Part shown: one piece after another, positions 24,546-36,809 of the stretch
How the letters are laid out: each line of letters opens with the position of its first letter
Position numbering within the stretch: position 1 is the stretch's first letter
From: Mobula hypostoma
Taxonomy: Eukaryota
Assembly: GCF_963921235.1 (NCBI RefSeq)
Contig: NC_086118.1
Span: forward strand, 15,130,001 to 15,194,000
Reading direction: 5' to 3'
DNA: 64,000 nt
Program-made: the position numbers and the translations under genes
The notes under the pieces: generated by a model
Database searches by the model: none
The model's input: only the letters and a program-made list of their open reading frames with translations
Told to the model about the DNA's origin: nothing

Positions 24546-26495
24546 GAGCTGGAATTCTGCCCACACTAATTAACCTCCAAAGTATCAAAATAACTAGCTA
24601 GCCACTTCAGTATGAAACTTGGAAGGGCAGGGATGAAGCAAAGAGCAAATATATTTTGTGACCAGCTCTGCAAGTTACTACAGGAAATCTTACTATAATC
24701 ACAGCCCAATTCGCAATCACTTGACTCTCTCAAGGTCCATGGAAAACCTTCTAAACAGAAAAGAGGAAACAAAAACTATAACGTAAGATGTACGTCTGCA
24801 AATATCAAAAACCTGAGATATCGCAATTGTTTCTGTGAGATGTCTTGAAACACAAAATAAAATGAAGGGAATTACCATTATGCCTTTCCATCCCATTGGA
24901 GTGGAAGTCTCCAAGCAATTTGAAGCTTATGTGATAATTAAACTATGCAGTACACATATATAAATTTATGTTTATAGCCTGGTAATAGCTGATTGAGAAC
25001 ATACACTGCCTTGTGGCTAAAATGGTGATGTGGAATAGATGACAGAGTTTAAAGGAATCTTAATCTGTGTGGATGAACTGGGGGAGGGAGTGCCAAACAT
25101 TCCTATACATTTACCATACAGTCAATCACAAATGAAAGATTTAACATGAGCTTGAAGAAAATGGGCTGTAAACATGGAAATTGATGACTATTTTCAAAGT
25201 TTTTCAAGTTCAAAATATTCTGAGAACAACTTGTTCTATTTAAGGTTTTTTTTTCCAGTTTAAGAAGCATGTAAATAAGCTTTTCTGACTTTTTCCACCA
25301 TCCCCATCCCCCCCTATTACCTCGACCCACACCCTTCCACCTCCCAGATATGCAATTTCATAAAGCTGTTTTCACAAATAGCTCCCAGAATCAGGCCATG
25401 AAATGCACAATGCCAGATACTGTTAACTTCCAACAGACAGGAATTACATCACATTTCTTAGCAACAAGGACCATTTTGTAAAGCTGCGTTTCTAAAATTA
25501 TGTTAATCACTTTGACCTTTAATGGGCTTTTGGGTCCCAATGGGTGACTTTCTCATTAATGCGTTTACTGTAGAGTGACTTTAATCAACCCTTCCTCATT
25601 TCTCTTGCAGTTAAACAACAGGAAATGGAGGAATAAAATTCTTTACTCTTATTCAAAAAGTATCCATTAATACTAATAATTATTTAAAAACAATATTACA
25701 CCTTAATCAAATGGATATCATCCATTTAAATGCTAGTCCCTTCTAAATCATCAGGACATTCAGTGACCTCAATTAAAACCCATGCTATTTAAAAAATTCA
25801 AAAGGTCCATTAGAATCACACTCCACAGGAACAAACTTCAATTGCCCTGATATTCAAAGCTGGATTGTAGCGCTAAATGCAATATACAGTGGCAGCAGTG
25901 CTTCCAATATTCAGAGGCACAGTGGAACATACCATCAGTACAGTGTTTTTCTAGCTAGCATCTTTTACGTTCACTTGGGAAAAGCAGGTCTTTGATCTTT
26001 TTTTTATACCATTTAATTATATCATGCCTGATGTCTGGCAGAACTCTATTCATAGCCTTCAGCTCCAAAACCCTTAACAGTATTAGGAATCTTATTTTAA
26101 AGATCTTCAATCAACCAAACCTCAATAACTTGTAACCAGATTTTGTGTAAAGAAGAATTTCCCGACATATACTCTGAATGACTTAACCATAACTTTCAGC
26201 ATGTCCCTTCTGTAATCTCCTCCTAGAGGAGATATTTCTTCCTGTCTGTCTTATCAACTGCATAATTTACTTTAATCACAATTATTGCATCCACTTAAAA
26301 ATACATTATAAAGATACAAACAACTTTTAAGCAAATCCAATGGAAAGAATCACAAACTCTGGTTAGGTTCAGCACGAGGATCGTAGTCTCCTCAAACACC
26401 TGGGCCTAGCAAAAAGGGATTTGAATTTGTAAATCTACTGTAATAAGTATTTTACAAACTCGTCAGCACTCTCTTTTCCTAATTCTCCACTTATA

Positions 26496-27090
26496 TCATG
26501 AACTCACCAAGTGACCAAGCATGGATGCTTCCAAACTCAGATGCAAAATGAGGAGGATTGGACAAGGTGCTAGCAACCCAATTCCACAAAAAAAAACCCA
26601 GAGCTACAGTAACGCCAACAGAAGCTCCAAAGACCTTATTCCTGAGAGAGGAAGGACTTTCAACACAAAGAAGATGGACCACACCTGGAGGCAACTTTAA
26701 AGACTAGTCCAGAACTACTACTTCTTCTCTTTCTTCGGCTGTCCATCGATTTTCATTGATGACTGAGGCCTGGGCGAGGTTGTATGGAAGACCGGCAGTT
26801 GCCCATGCTGCAAGTCTCCCCTCTCGACGCCACCGATGTTGTCCAAGGGAAGGGCACTAGGACCCCTCCAGCTTGGCACCGGTGTCATCGCAGAGCAATG
26901 TATGGTTAAGTGCCTTGCTCAAGGACTCAACACGCTGCCTTAGCTGAGACTCGAACTAGCAACCTTCAGATCACTAGACCAACGCCTTAACCACATGCCA
27001 CACTTTGTCCAGGACAAAGCACTCTGGGAGTTGTTGTTGGTGGCCTATGCCCCTTTTGGGGTAATGGCCTTAACTACCTAACCAACTAAC
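26496..27090 (+). mobile_element. RTE-derived non-autonomous element, interrupted by a SINE
   Basis: RTE-like 5' UTR (GAGGAGGATTGG..GCTAGCAACCC..) and RTE-type 3' tail GGTGGCCTATGCCCC..GGGGTAATGGCCTTAACTA(ACTA)n. Confidence 0.65.
26716..27004 (-). mobile_element. tRNA-derived SINE with a CORE-like domain
   Basis: Minus strand: GTGGTTAAGGCGTTGG, B-box GTTCGAGTC, GTCCTTGAGCAAGGCACTTAACC, (GAA)-rich tail; TSD-like GTCCAGAAC / GTCCAGGAC. Confidence 0.75.
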
Positions 27091-27208
27091 TAGCTAACAA
27101 ACAAGCAAAATATAGATACTCAGATATTGTAATTCTGGCCCTTTGATGATTGAGAACATCCAAGACATCATTTCTAGAAAACTGTTTTAAAATACATATT
27201 TCTCTCGT

Positions 27209-27265
27209 GCAGGGGTTCCCAACCTGGGTTCCACAGACCTCTCTTTTAATGGTAGGGGACCATGT
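27209..27265. mobile_element. hAT-type MITE fragment
   Basis: CAGGGGTTCCCAACCTGGG terminus. Confidence 0.5.
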
Positions 27266-27639
27266 CACTGATGCATTTCAGAAGGTCAACAGCATGTAAC
27301 TTGGATCACAAGCATCAAGTTTTGAAGGGCACTATGCCAAAATCTTAAGAGAGGATTCGAGTCATTCCTGTGTCAAAGGGCACTGTCCCTACAGGTGCAT
27401 AAAGTCTACTTAACGATGCTTTTCAATTTCCATACCACCACATACTAAATGAATAATATAAATAGTTCCATCAATAGTAAGATGTGTTATGCTCAGATTA
27501 CATGTACTTTGCAAAATGCAATCACATCACCTCCTTTTCGCATACAGTAAAATGCCTAAATTTGTGACTTTGTCTGTACATCACGCTTCACACATTACAT
27601 GTTAGGTTTAGTTAATACCATGAATATGAGCCAAATAAC

Positions 27640-27869
27640 AAGAGAAAGTCCAACCCTACGTCCTCATGATGAGAGGTAGAAATGGGTAAGCCCGGCCAAC
27701 AGGGCTCTGGTGAAGCTGTACTGGGCAATCCCCTGTACAGCAGACGGAATGGATTGCAGAAACATTGATGAACTCCAACCATACCATCGGCCTTGGACGG
27801 TGGAGATGGGAGATCATCAGTGGCCTCTACTCCAATGGGAACTAAGGGCTCAAGAACAACAACAGCAAC
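27640..27869 (+). mobile_element. Short RTE-related element with an HDV-like head
   Basis: RTE-type tail GTGGCCTCTACTCCAATGGGAACTAAGGGCTC(AAC)n; structured 5' part. Confidence 0.6.
27654..27704 (+). ncRNA. Degenerate HDV-like ribozyme (P1 5' strand missing)
   Basis: P2 CCCU/AGGG, P3 ACG/GAU (mismatched), L3 UCCUCAU, P1' GAGAGGU, AG-AAA, P4 UGGG-UAAG-CCCG, J4/2 G-CCAA. Confidence 0.55.
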
Positions 27870-28189
27870 TGAAAAAAAATATAAAGCATTCAGTGGGACC
27901 CTCTCCAATATGTAGCCAAAATGTTGACAGCTCAATGCTTACAAGCGTGTCCCTGAATCAGGAAGCAATGGTGATCAGAAAGGCCCATAAACAAGGATGA
28001 AATTTCCAATGCAGTATAGAAGAAGCACAAAACTGTAAAAGATGCTGTCATTAGATGAGATCACAAACAGATAGCTCACTAGTCTTATCATAAAATAATG
28101 GGATGGTAGAAATCACATGGCATTTCAAAGAAAGAGCAGATTTTCTCTGATATTATGGCCAGTAATGCTGTAGACATCAAAAACCCAGA

Positions 28190-28470
28190 TTTGTTTCTGA
28201 TCTCTGGTACTGACTGGGTGGAGTTTACCTGTTGGTCTGCTTTTCCACAGATTTCCTCTGGTTACTCCCAAAGATGTGCTGGTTGTTAGATTAACTGGCG
28301 AGTGTAAATTTCTCCTATTCAAAGTGGGCAGTAAGAAAATCAGCAGGATGTTAACGGCCACAGAAGAGAGAGAAGTACCGGAAATAACTGAGGAAATGAG
28401 ACTGATGGGATTGCTGCAGCAGAAGAGAAGCAATGGACTAAATAACCTCCTTCTTTGTTATAAAAAAATA
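28190..28470 (+). mobile_element. Degenerate V-SINE (HE1-like)
   Basis: GTGGAGTTT..., TTTCCTC..CCCAAAGATGTGCTGGTT..TTAACTGG..TGTAAATT V-domain-like sequence. Confidence 0.5.
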
Positions 28471-28778
28471 TAAAATATATAAAGTTATTAATCCCCAGCC
28501 GACATTACTAAATCATGGCATCTGGTCATAATTACTGAAATAATGTGATTATAATCATATAATAATAATAATGATGATTTTCATAGCCCACTGTACAGAC
28601 TGGAATTTTACAATGCAATGCTAACTCTTATTTTAATGGTCTACAATAACGGATTTTGGAATGTCCTTAAATCTAAAAAGTAAGTATCGACGCAAATCTT
28701 CTCTGTTCACATTTGAAATTGTACTTTAGTGCTCAAGAGTACGGCCAGAACTCAAGAAAATAAACAGAAAAATTGGTG

Positions 28779-28954
28779 CAACACACACAAAATGCTGGAG
28801 GAACTCAGCAGGCCAGGCAGCATCAATGGAAAAAAAGTACAGTTTACGTTTCGGTCAGGGACTCAGCCTGAAACATCGACTGTACTTTTTTTCCGCAGAA
28901 GCTGTGTGGCCTGCTGAGTTCCTCCAGCATTTCGTGTGTGTTGTTCGAATTTCC
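28779..28954. mobile_element. PLE-derived palindromic (foldback) element
   Basis: ~75-bp inverted arms CAACACACACAAAATGCTGGAGG.../...CCTCCAGCATTTCGTGTGTGTTG, joined inside hammerhead stem II. Confidence 0.9.
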
Positions 28955-29559
28955 AATTTCAGTTTAAATTGGTAACCGGTAACAAGATGTTAATAATAAA
29001 ATTAACTATGTGAGCTTATTTGTAGTACAAGCACTTCGGGAACCTTAATCCTTTGTGAGAGGTGTCCGTAATGTCAGATTTATCAATGTCCTGGATAGGG
29101 TAGAAAATGTACAACCATTTCTGATTATAATCCAGGGCTCCAATTTCACTTCACTAGACAGCACAGGGGTGTATGGGCTGGTTGGGACCTAACTAAATAT
29201 CAGGAAATGCCAATAGCGATTATATAGCTTCTACCACCCAAGACAACTCCGCCTTCACATAGGACTTAGGTCCGAGTGCACCGTCTCGCTGAAGGAGCTC
29301 TGTCTATGGCGAATGTTTGGCACCAAAAAAATAACCAGACCAATGGTGGTGGTGTCACCTAAAATCACTGAAGTCTCCGGCAGCAGGGTGATGGATCCCA
29401 CGCTTTGGTGGAGGATTGTCTTTGTACAACAGCAGCAAAGGGTGGGCGACGTCTAATGTATGATTCCCAATCGGTAGAGGTCAAATGCTCTAGTTAGATG
29501 AGCACTGCGGCAACAGAAGGCAATGGCAAACCACTGTTGAAATTTCTGCCTAGTCAATC

Positions 29560-32500
29560 ATGGAAAGAAACAAAAGAAGGAAACCAGACAACAGCGTAAG
29601 TGGGGTTGATTCTAATCAACAGAACAACACCTTGCTCGGTAGGGGTCGTCATGTGCTGCAGGTGACACCAGACCGTCATCCAGAGACTGTAAGCAATAGG
29701 GAAAGGCTAAGAGTAGCAACATGGAACATCCATACACTGCATCAGAAAGGAAAGTTGGACAACACATTAAATGAAATGAAAAGCTTGGAAGTTGCTATCT
29801 TAGGCCTGTCAGAAATTAGATGGACCGACAATGGTAAATTCACTAAGAATAGTTCTCTGATAATGTATTCTGGAGGTCAACAGTATATGTATGGAGTTGA
29901 AATTATTTTAAACAAACAAGTATCAAAATGTCTTATGGGATATTGGGCGCTATCCGATCCGCCGCTTTTAGTTAAATTAAGGGATAACCCCTTTAACGTT
30001 AGCATAATCCAAGCCTATGCAGCAACAAATGATGCGGATGAAGAAGATATCAACAAGTTTTATGAAGATCTTGACGGTGCTTATAAGCAATGTAAATCTC
30101 ACGATATAAAACTAGTCATGGGAGATTTTAACACCAAAGTTGGACAGGAAAGGGTTGATAACATCATAGGACCCTTTGGATTAGGGGAGAAAAATGAAAA
30201 TGGAGAAAGGTTTACTGATTGATGTGTCAGAAACAACCAAGTTATCACAAATACTTGGTATAAAAACCATCCACATAGATTGTGTACTTGGATTAGCCCT
30301 GGAGATAGAACAAGGAATCAAATAGATTTCATTACCATCAATGAACGCTTTAGAAATAATATCACAAATTCTAAAGCCTACCCATGAGCAGACTGTAGTT
30401 CAGATCACCATCCAGTAATAGCTACCATTAAAACAAAATTAAAGAAACTGAAACATGGAAAAAGGAGAAAGAAGTATATGTTGGGAGAACTTAAAAAAGA
30501 TAGCATACTTAAGCAACAATTCAAGACAGCTGTAGAAGAACACCTCAACGAAAACGTAACAACACCTATTTGGGACAGATTTAAATATGCTATACAGCAA
30601 TCAGCAGAGGAGATAATCCCAGTACAAGAAATCCAACACACCAACAAGGGGTGGGTAACCTAAGAAATTCTAGATCTGATGGAACAAAGAAGGATAGTGA
30701 AGAATAATGAAGTGCAATACAGAGAGCTAGACAGACAGACCAGACGATTGTACAATATTGCAAAGGAAGAATAGCTGAATCAAAAATGCAATGAAGTAGA
30801 AGACCATATTAACAACAGCAAAGAAATGAACAAGAAAAGCAAGATTTGGGAACAGCTTCTTACCAACATAAGTCTGCTGAACGGATCCTGACCCAGATCT
30901 GGGCCGTACCCTCCAAATATCCGGACCTGCATCTCGTTTTTTCTGCACTACCTTACTTTCCATTTTTCTATTTTCTATTTATGATTTATAATTTAAATTT
31001 TTAATATTTACTATCGCTTTGTAATCCAGGGAGCAGGAAGCGCAGAATCAAATATCACTATGATGATTGTACATTCTAGTATCAGTTGTTTGGTAACAAT
31101 AAAGTATAAAGTATAAAGTATAAAATTAAGGAAATTACTGGAATTAAGAAACCACCTCTACAGGATGCATAAGATCAGCAGATGGATCCATACTAACAGA
31201 TCCAGATAAAGTATGTGAGAGGTGTATAGAGCAGCTGTTTGAGGATAATAGAGGGGAACCCCAAATATAAAACACCCTAATTCTGGCCCACCTATTACCA
31301 AAGAAGAAATAACTAAAGCAATGAAAAGCATGAAACATGGTAAAGCCACTGGAGCTGATGAAATTTCAGTGGAAATGATACAAGCCCTAGAAGATCTGGG
31401 CATAGATATTCTTTTTGAACTGTTTAATGGCATATATAAGTCTGGTGTATTGCCTGACGATCTCTTGAAATTAGTATTTATAACTCTGCCAAAAATTCCT
31501 GGAACTATTGACTGCGAAAATTATAGAACAATCAGTCTTATGAGTCACATAATAAATGTTTTGTTGAGAGTTGTTCTGAGTCGAATTAAAAACAATTTAA
31601 AGTCAGAAACTTCTAAACTACAATATGGGTTTATTGAGGATAAAGGAACTAAGAAAGCAATTTTCATACTACGAATGCTTTCAGAAGGGCAATTGAATAT
31701 CAAAATGATATCTTTTTATGTTTAATTGATTTCACTAAAGCATTCGACAAAGTACAATATGAAAAAGTATTTCAAATTCTCACTAAACATTGACGGAAGG
31801 GATTAACAACTGCTTCAAAATTTATATTGGAACCAAACGACAGCAGTAAAAGTTGATGACAACATAAGCAGTTGGACTAAGATTCAAAAAGGAGTTAGAC
31901 AGGGATGCATTGCCTCATCGGAATTATTTAATATCTATAGTGAAATGTTTCTCAGAGAAATAGAAGACCTAGATGGGTTCAAAATTGGAGGTGTTAACAT
32001 CAACAATATAAGATATGCAGATGATACCACCTAATAGCAAGTGCTGCAGAAGACCTACAAATTCTCCTAGACAAAGTAGTACAAACAAGCGCAGATTTTG
32101 GTCTAACCATCAACTGTAAAAAAAACAAATGTATGGTAATATCAAAACAGCAGGATACTCCCAACTGCCAATTGTACATTGGTAACCAAGAGATTAAACA
32201 AAAGACCAGCTTTAATTACCTTGGTAGCCTTATATCACAAGATGCTAGAAGTAAAGTAGAAATAAAAAGAAGAATTGCCATTGCCAAAACCAACTTCCAG
32301 AAAATGAAACCCATTTTTACCAACAGTCACATTTCTATGATAACAAGGCTTAGGCTACTAAAATGTTACATCTGGTCAATCTTGCTGTGTGCTTCCAAAA
32401 CATGGACTACAACACCAGAACTCCAAAGAAACTTAGAAGCAACAGAAATGTGGTTTCTTAAAAGAATGCTGAAAATATCATCTAGAGATAGGGTAACTAA

Positions 32501-32785
32501 TGAGACAGTACACCAATGTGCCCATACAAAAAGATCTTTAATGAGAACATTAAATGAGAGGAAACTTAAATTCCAGGCCATGTCATCAGAAAGGGAGAAA
32601 TAGAATGCCTTACATTACAAGGCCGTATGCCTGGGAAACGCAGAAGAGGAAGGCAAAGAAGAAAATATATGGACACTGTGAAAGAACTAACAGATCTAAG
32701 TGTGCGAGATATCATTGACGCTGCATGGGATCATTCCATATGGAAAGCCATGATTGCCCAAGCGTGTAATGCACAAGGCACATGA
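29560..32785 (+). pseudogene. RTE ORF2 (APE endonuclease + RT), multiple stops and frameshifts
   Basis: ATWNIHTL..LGLSEIRW, IIQAYA, MGDFNTKVG, SDHHPV, KATGADEI, LPK..DCENYRTISL, GVRQGC, RYADD, FNYLGS, EATEMWFL. Confidence 0.92.
30839..31121 (+). mobile_element. Rex1-tail element inserted in the RTE
   Basis: AGATTTGGGAACAGCTTCTT start, (AAAGTAT)n tail; interrupts the RTE sequence AAGAAAA|TTAAGG. Confidence 0.7.
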
Positions 32786-33724
32786 AGAAGAAGAAGACGA
32801 CAGCACAATACTGATGTTAGAGATTTTCCTGAAGCTTCTCTCTGTTCTATGAAAATTTAATGAGATTAGGTTATGGGCCAGTAGGTGCCAAACACAGTCC
32901 TACATCTCCCACCAATTGCCAAGATTCTAGAAGGATTAAACATCAGCAAATAAATGGACTTTAAAGCAGTAACATTAGTGATCTTGTTTCTCTCCATAAT
33001 TCAAGGAGACCAAGGCCAGTGCATACACCACCTGTTTTTTCCCCACAATTGAAATTAGTGAAACTTACAAAGAACCACAATTTTTTCAATCCTTACAGTT
33101 TGGCATAGCAACAGATCACAGCAGAAGTACAATCTATCTCTTTGTAGAGGTATTAACCAGATCTATGCAACTCAGCATTATTTAAATTACTTTGTTTTTT
33201 TGTGTATGAAATTCATCTTAGAGTCACTTTAACAATAACTAAATAACTGGAAAATATCTGGAGAAAATTAACCATTTACATTAGTTTCTGTATAATTTTC
33301 AGTCCCATATATCTGATTGGGAAAATGGGATCACCTTGTAAACCACATAGACTCAATGGGCCAAACACTTCTTTCTTTGTTGTATGGAAATAATACATGA
33401 AAGTATGGATTCCATTGACTTCATCCTAACCTATCGTTCCCCCCCCCCCCTTATCATTAGCTCTTGTTCAATGCACAACGTAGTCTCGCAAAGCTCTGCA
33501 ATATTTATCTATCTTCATAACTCACCATTAAACACAGGTGTGCTATGGAGGTATTCATATCTTACTGTTCATGCCTCAGCTGCAGGTGACTACAGACTAT
33601 ATCAAATTTTCTTTACTCAATTCCATTTCTGTCTATAGTCACAAATCCTATTCCATAGCAAGTTCATCCAGTTGTACATCTCCATACATCAAACAACTAG
33701 GAATATTGATTTCTTCTTTCAGTG

Positions 33725-34045
33725 AACAAATTCTCCACTCTGACCTCTTACTTCTTCTCATCTGCCTGTTATGTCACCGACCCCTCCTCCCGCCCTTTCT
33801 CCTATTGTCCACTCTCCTCTCTAACAGGTTCCTTCCACCCCTTGACCTTTCCCACCCACCAGGCTTTACCTATCACATTCCAACTAGCCTCCTAACTCTC
33901 CCTGCCCCCCACCTTTTTACTCTGGCATCTTCCCACTTTCTTCTCAGTCCTGAAGAAAGGTCTCGGCCCAAAGTGTCGATTGTTTACTCTTTTCTATATA
34001 TGCTGCCTGAGCTGTTGAATTCCTCACGAGTTCTGAGTGTGTAAC
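33725..34045 (+). mobile_element. PLE 3' terminus with a decayed hammerhead
   Basis: Pyrimidine-rich UTR, CAGTC-CTGAAGA-AAGGTCTCGGCCC-AAAG-TGTCGATTG, TGCTGCCTGAGCTGTTGA. Confidence 0.75.
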
Positions 34046-35646
34046 TAGGCTAATCAGATTTTTTCCATTTTTTTCCCATTCCTTTAAGGGAGAAATATAT
34101 TTGCAAATGCTAACTTCACTTAATGCTTTTTTTTAAATGAAAGAAAAGAAAACCACACCACAAACTATTGAGAACACTAGTGTGCTCTATAAAATTAGAG
34201 TAAGTCCAATTTCTTAAATACAGCAACAAGGCAAAACACAGAGGGAAGTCAGCACATTTTTGCTGAACTTTAAAGTACTACCAATTCCTAGAATGGCTCT
34301 CTTGGGCCCTGTTAAATCAGGCTGTGTTCAGCCCATGAACTATTGCTAAGTATATTCACTTTGCAGGTTATATAAAACCTGCATTGGACAGAGCATTCCA
34401 CTAATCAAGTGCACATTTCTCAACAGATTTGTAGTAATGTCATCACAATTGTTAATGCTGGCATGAAATCCATGGGGATATCCAATAAAATCTGGAGGCT
34501 AAGTTGCCCACACTAAATCACCAATCTCATTATGCTATGGTTTATCACAAACATGAAACAGATGAGAGAATTAAAACATAGCTTGAAATAATTATGATAC
34601 AAGCAAATAAATGAACGCATTTTAAATGTGTTTGTTTATTCAATTGTCTATTGTGATTCTTGCGTAAGTATATACATCATTGCAGACTTGACTCTGGCTT
34701 TTGTAGTGTGACTAACCTTAGGGATTCAGACTTCATGGGCATGATGCCAAGATGTATTCTGTAAATATCCTGACATATGAGTTGCACAGTCCTCTGTTAC
34801 TTCAGGGGACTCCGTATTATGAGAACCTTTTTACTGAAGACATTATATTGGACCAGAATTCAATTCTAGAATAATTATATGCATTTATCAGTACAGTAGC
34901 CAAGTGCCCATGGCTCGTGCAGATACAGGGGGGAGGGGATGTCCAGTAATTAATACTGCACCCTTTAATTTATTAGACTTTTTAAAAAATAAGTGTTGAT
35001 TGTCACTTACTGACAAAAATCCTGACACTGAAAATTAAATGTTATAAAGTTCTGGCAGGATTTTGATTTTCTAGATTTCAAAAACGTCAATTCTAAAACT
35101 TTTGCAATTTTCCTGCATTTCCTTTGTCTCTTGTACTTTTCAAGCCGATCGTTTTCTCCTTGCATTCCTTTCCGCACCTGGTTTGATTCTTAATTCACTC
35201 TCAGTCATCAACCTACATTTTAAGATCTTCTGCCAGGGATTTAATTGCCTGAGGAGATCACCTACTCATTGTGCTGTGACCTTAGTACACAGATATACTG
35301 CCTCTATCTCAGGTCATTAACAGGTTAGAGCTCAACAATTTTGTGACAGAGTAGTACAACAGCTGAGCTGAAGTTTAAATGGGAGTCTAAATAATGACAG
35401 ATATTGCCTAAAATAAAGATAGAAAATGCTGGAAATTAAGTGTTCAGTGGCTCAGGCTGCATCTGGGAATAAAGTAATGGACTTGTGTCTCAGGAAATAG
35501 GACCAGGGATCGCCTGTAGCAATGCAGATGAAAGACAATGAATGCTATGTCCTCTGCATGCAATGATGATATCAACATGCACTGCACCTGTTAATTAGAA
35601 GAAATTGGATTGAATATCAAGATTTGCAACCTTTATTAATGACATG

Positions 35647-35846
35647 AAAAACAAAAAAAACTACAGATGTTGGACATCTGAAAGCAAAAAGCAAAATGCA
35701 AAATGATGGAAAAACCCAAGAGCAGCTGTGGTGAAAGAATGAGTTAACATTTCAGGTCAAAGATCATTCACCTGTTTCCCATTTCTGACAAAGGGCCTTA
35801 ATCTGAAATGTTCACTCTGTTTCTGTAGTGAGTGCTTCCAACATTT
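35647..35846. mobile_element. Old PLE-derived foldback element (different subfamily)
   Basis: GAGTTAACATTTCAGGTC ... TTCTGACAAAGGGCCTTAATCTGAAATGTTCACTCTG inverted arms. Confidence 0.55.
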
Positions 35847-36184
35847 ACACAATTGTACAAAGTTTAGAAAGAACCATCTCACACTGAAAGTAGTGAATCA
35901 TGTACTATTAAAAGTGACATCAAAGGGATATCAATTTTCTATGTTAAATCAGTTTCCTCTGTGAACTTATTGAAATGTTTACCACCTAAGAAATGGGCTA
36001 TTAATGTAGAACTTAGCTTATCTCTAGGCTGAATTAAATTATTGTCCCCATTCACCTCAGGTTTGATTGCTGCCCCAAGCTTCCCACTGCCATCGATTTC
36101 CCCGCCCCCTCCTTGATTTCCTGCTTCCATTTCCATCCCTGTCTCCCTCATTTCCAAGGCAGCATGAGCGATACCTTTAACCAA

Positions 36185-36645
36185 ACTGCATCCATTATCA
36201 AGAAACCCCACCATCCAGGTCAAGCCATTTTCTCACTGCTGCCATCAGGAAGGAAGTACAGGAGCCTCAGGTCCCACACCACCAGGTTCAGGAACAGTTA
36301 TTATCCCTCAGACATCAATCTCCTGAGCCAATGTGGACAAGTTCACTCACCTCAACATTGAAATCGTTCCACAACTTACGGAATCGCTTTCAACAAATCT
36401 ACATCTCATGTTCTTGATATTTATTGCTTATTTATTTATTATTTTGTTTTTTTTCTCCCTTTTCGTATTTGTAGAATCATTTGCATACTAGTTGTTTATT
36501 TGTCTTTGTTGTGTGTGGTTTGTTATTGATTCTATTGAGTTTCTTTGGATTTACTGTGAATGAGCATAAGAAAATGAATCTCAGGGTAGTATATGGTGAC
36601 ATATATGCACTTTGGTAATAAACTTACTCTGAACTTTGATCTTTG
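36185..36645 (+). mobile_element. Rex1/Babar 3' end
   Basis: ASIIKKPHHPGQAIFSLLPSGRKYRSLRSHTTRFRNSYYP; AATAAACTTACTCTGAACTTTGA tail. Confidence 0.88.
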
Positions 36646-36809
36646 ACCCATGAATCAGCCGCTGGATGCTCCTGCTATGAGCACCCCAAGTTACGATATA
36701 ATGGATGCAGTTCACATTCAATATCTCTTAAAATGGAGGAAACCTCAAAATGAATCCTTAAAGCAGCGTGATCCTAACTTGACTGTCTTTGTTGGGTGAT
36801 ACTTGATTT

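Larger units (their letters stand above)
29166..32798 (+). mobile_element. Near full-length RTE-clade LINE (BovB-like 5' UTR motif)
   Basis: 9-bp TSD GACAGCACA (29157-29165 / 32799-32807); (GAA)n tail; 5' UTR motif GAAGGCAATGGCAAACCACT; EN and RT domains. Confidence 0.92.

Noticed and set aside
26930..27003. tRNA-like sequence
   Set aside because: Head of a SINE with a damaged D-arm; not a tRNA gene
29243..29304. Twister reading of AACTCCGCC..GGTCC..AAGGAG
   Set aside because: The GAGGG segment with the catalytic G after P2' is absent (CTC instead); the HDV-like reading fits better
33538..34044. 168-aa ORF
   Set aside because: Runs through a pyrimidine-rich PLE terminus; no domain recognised
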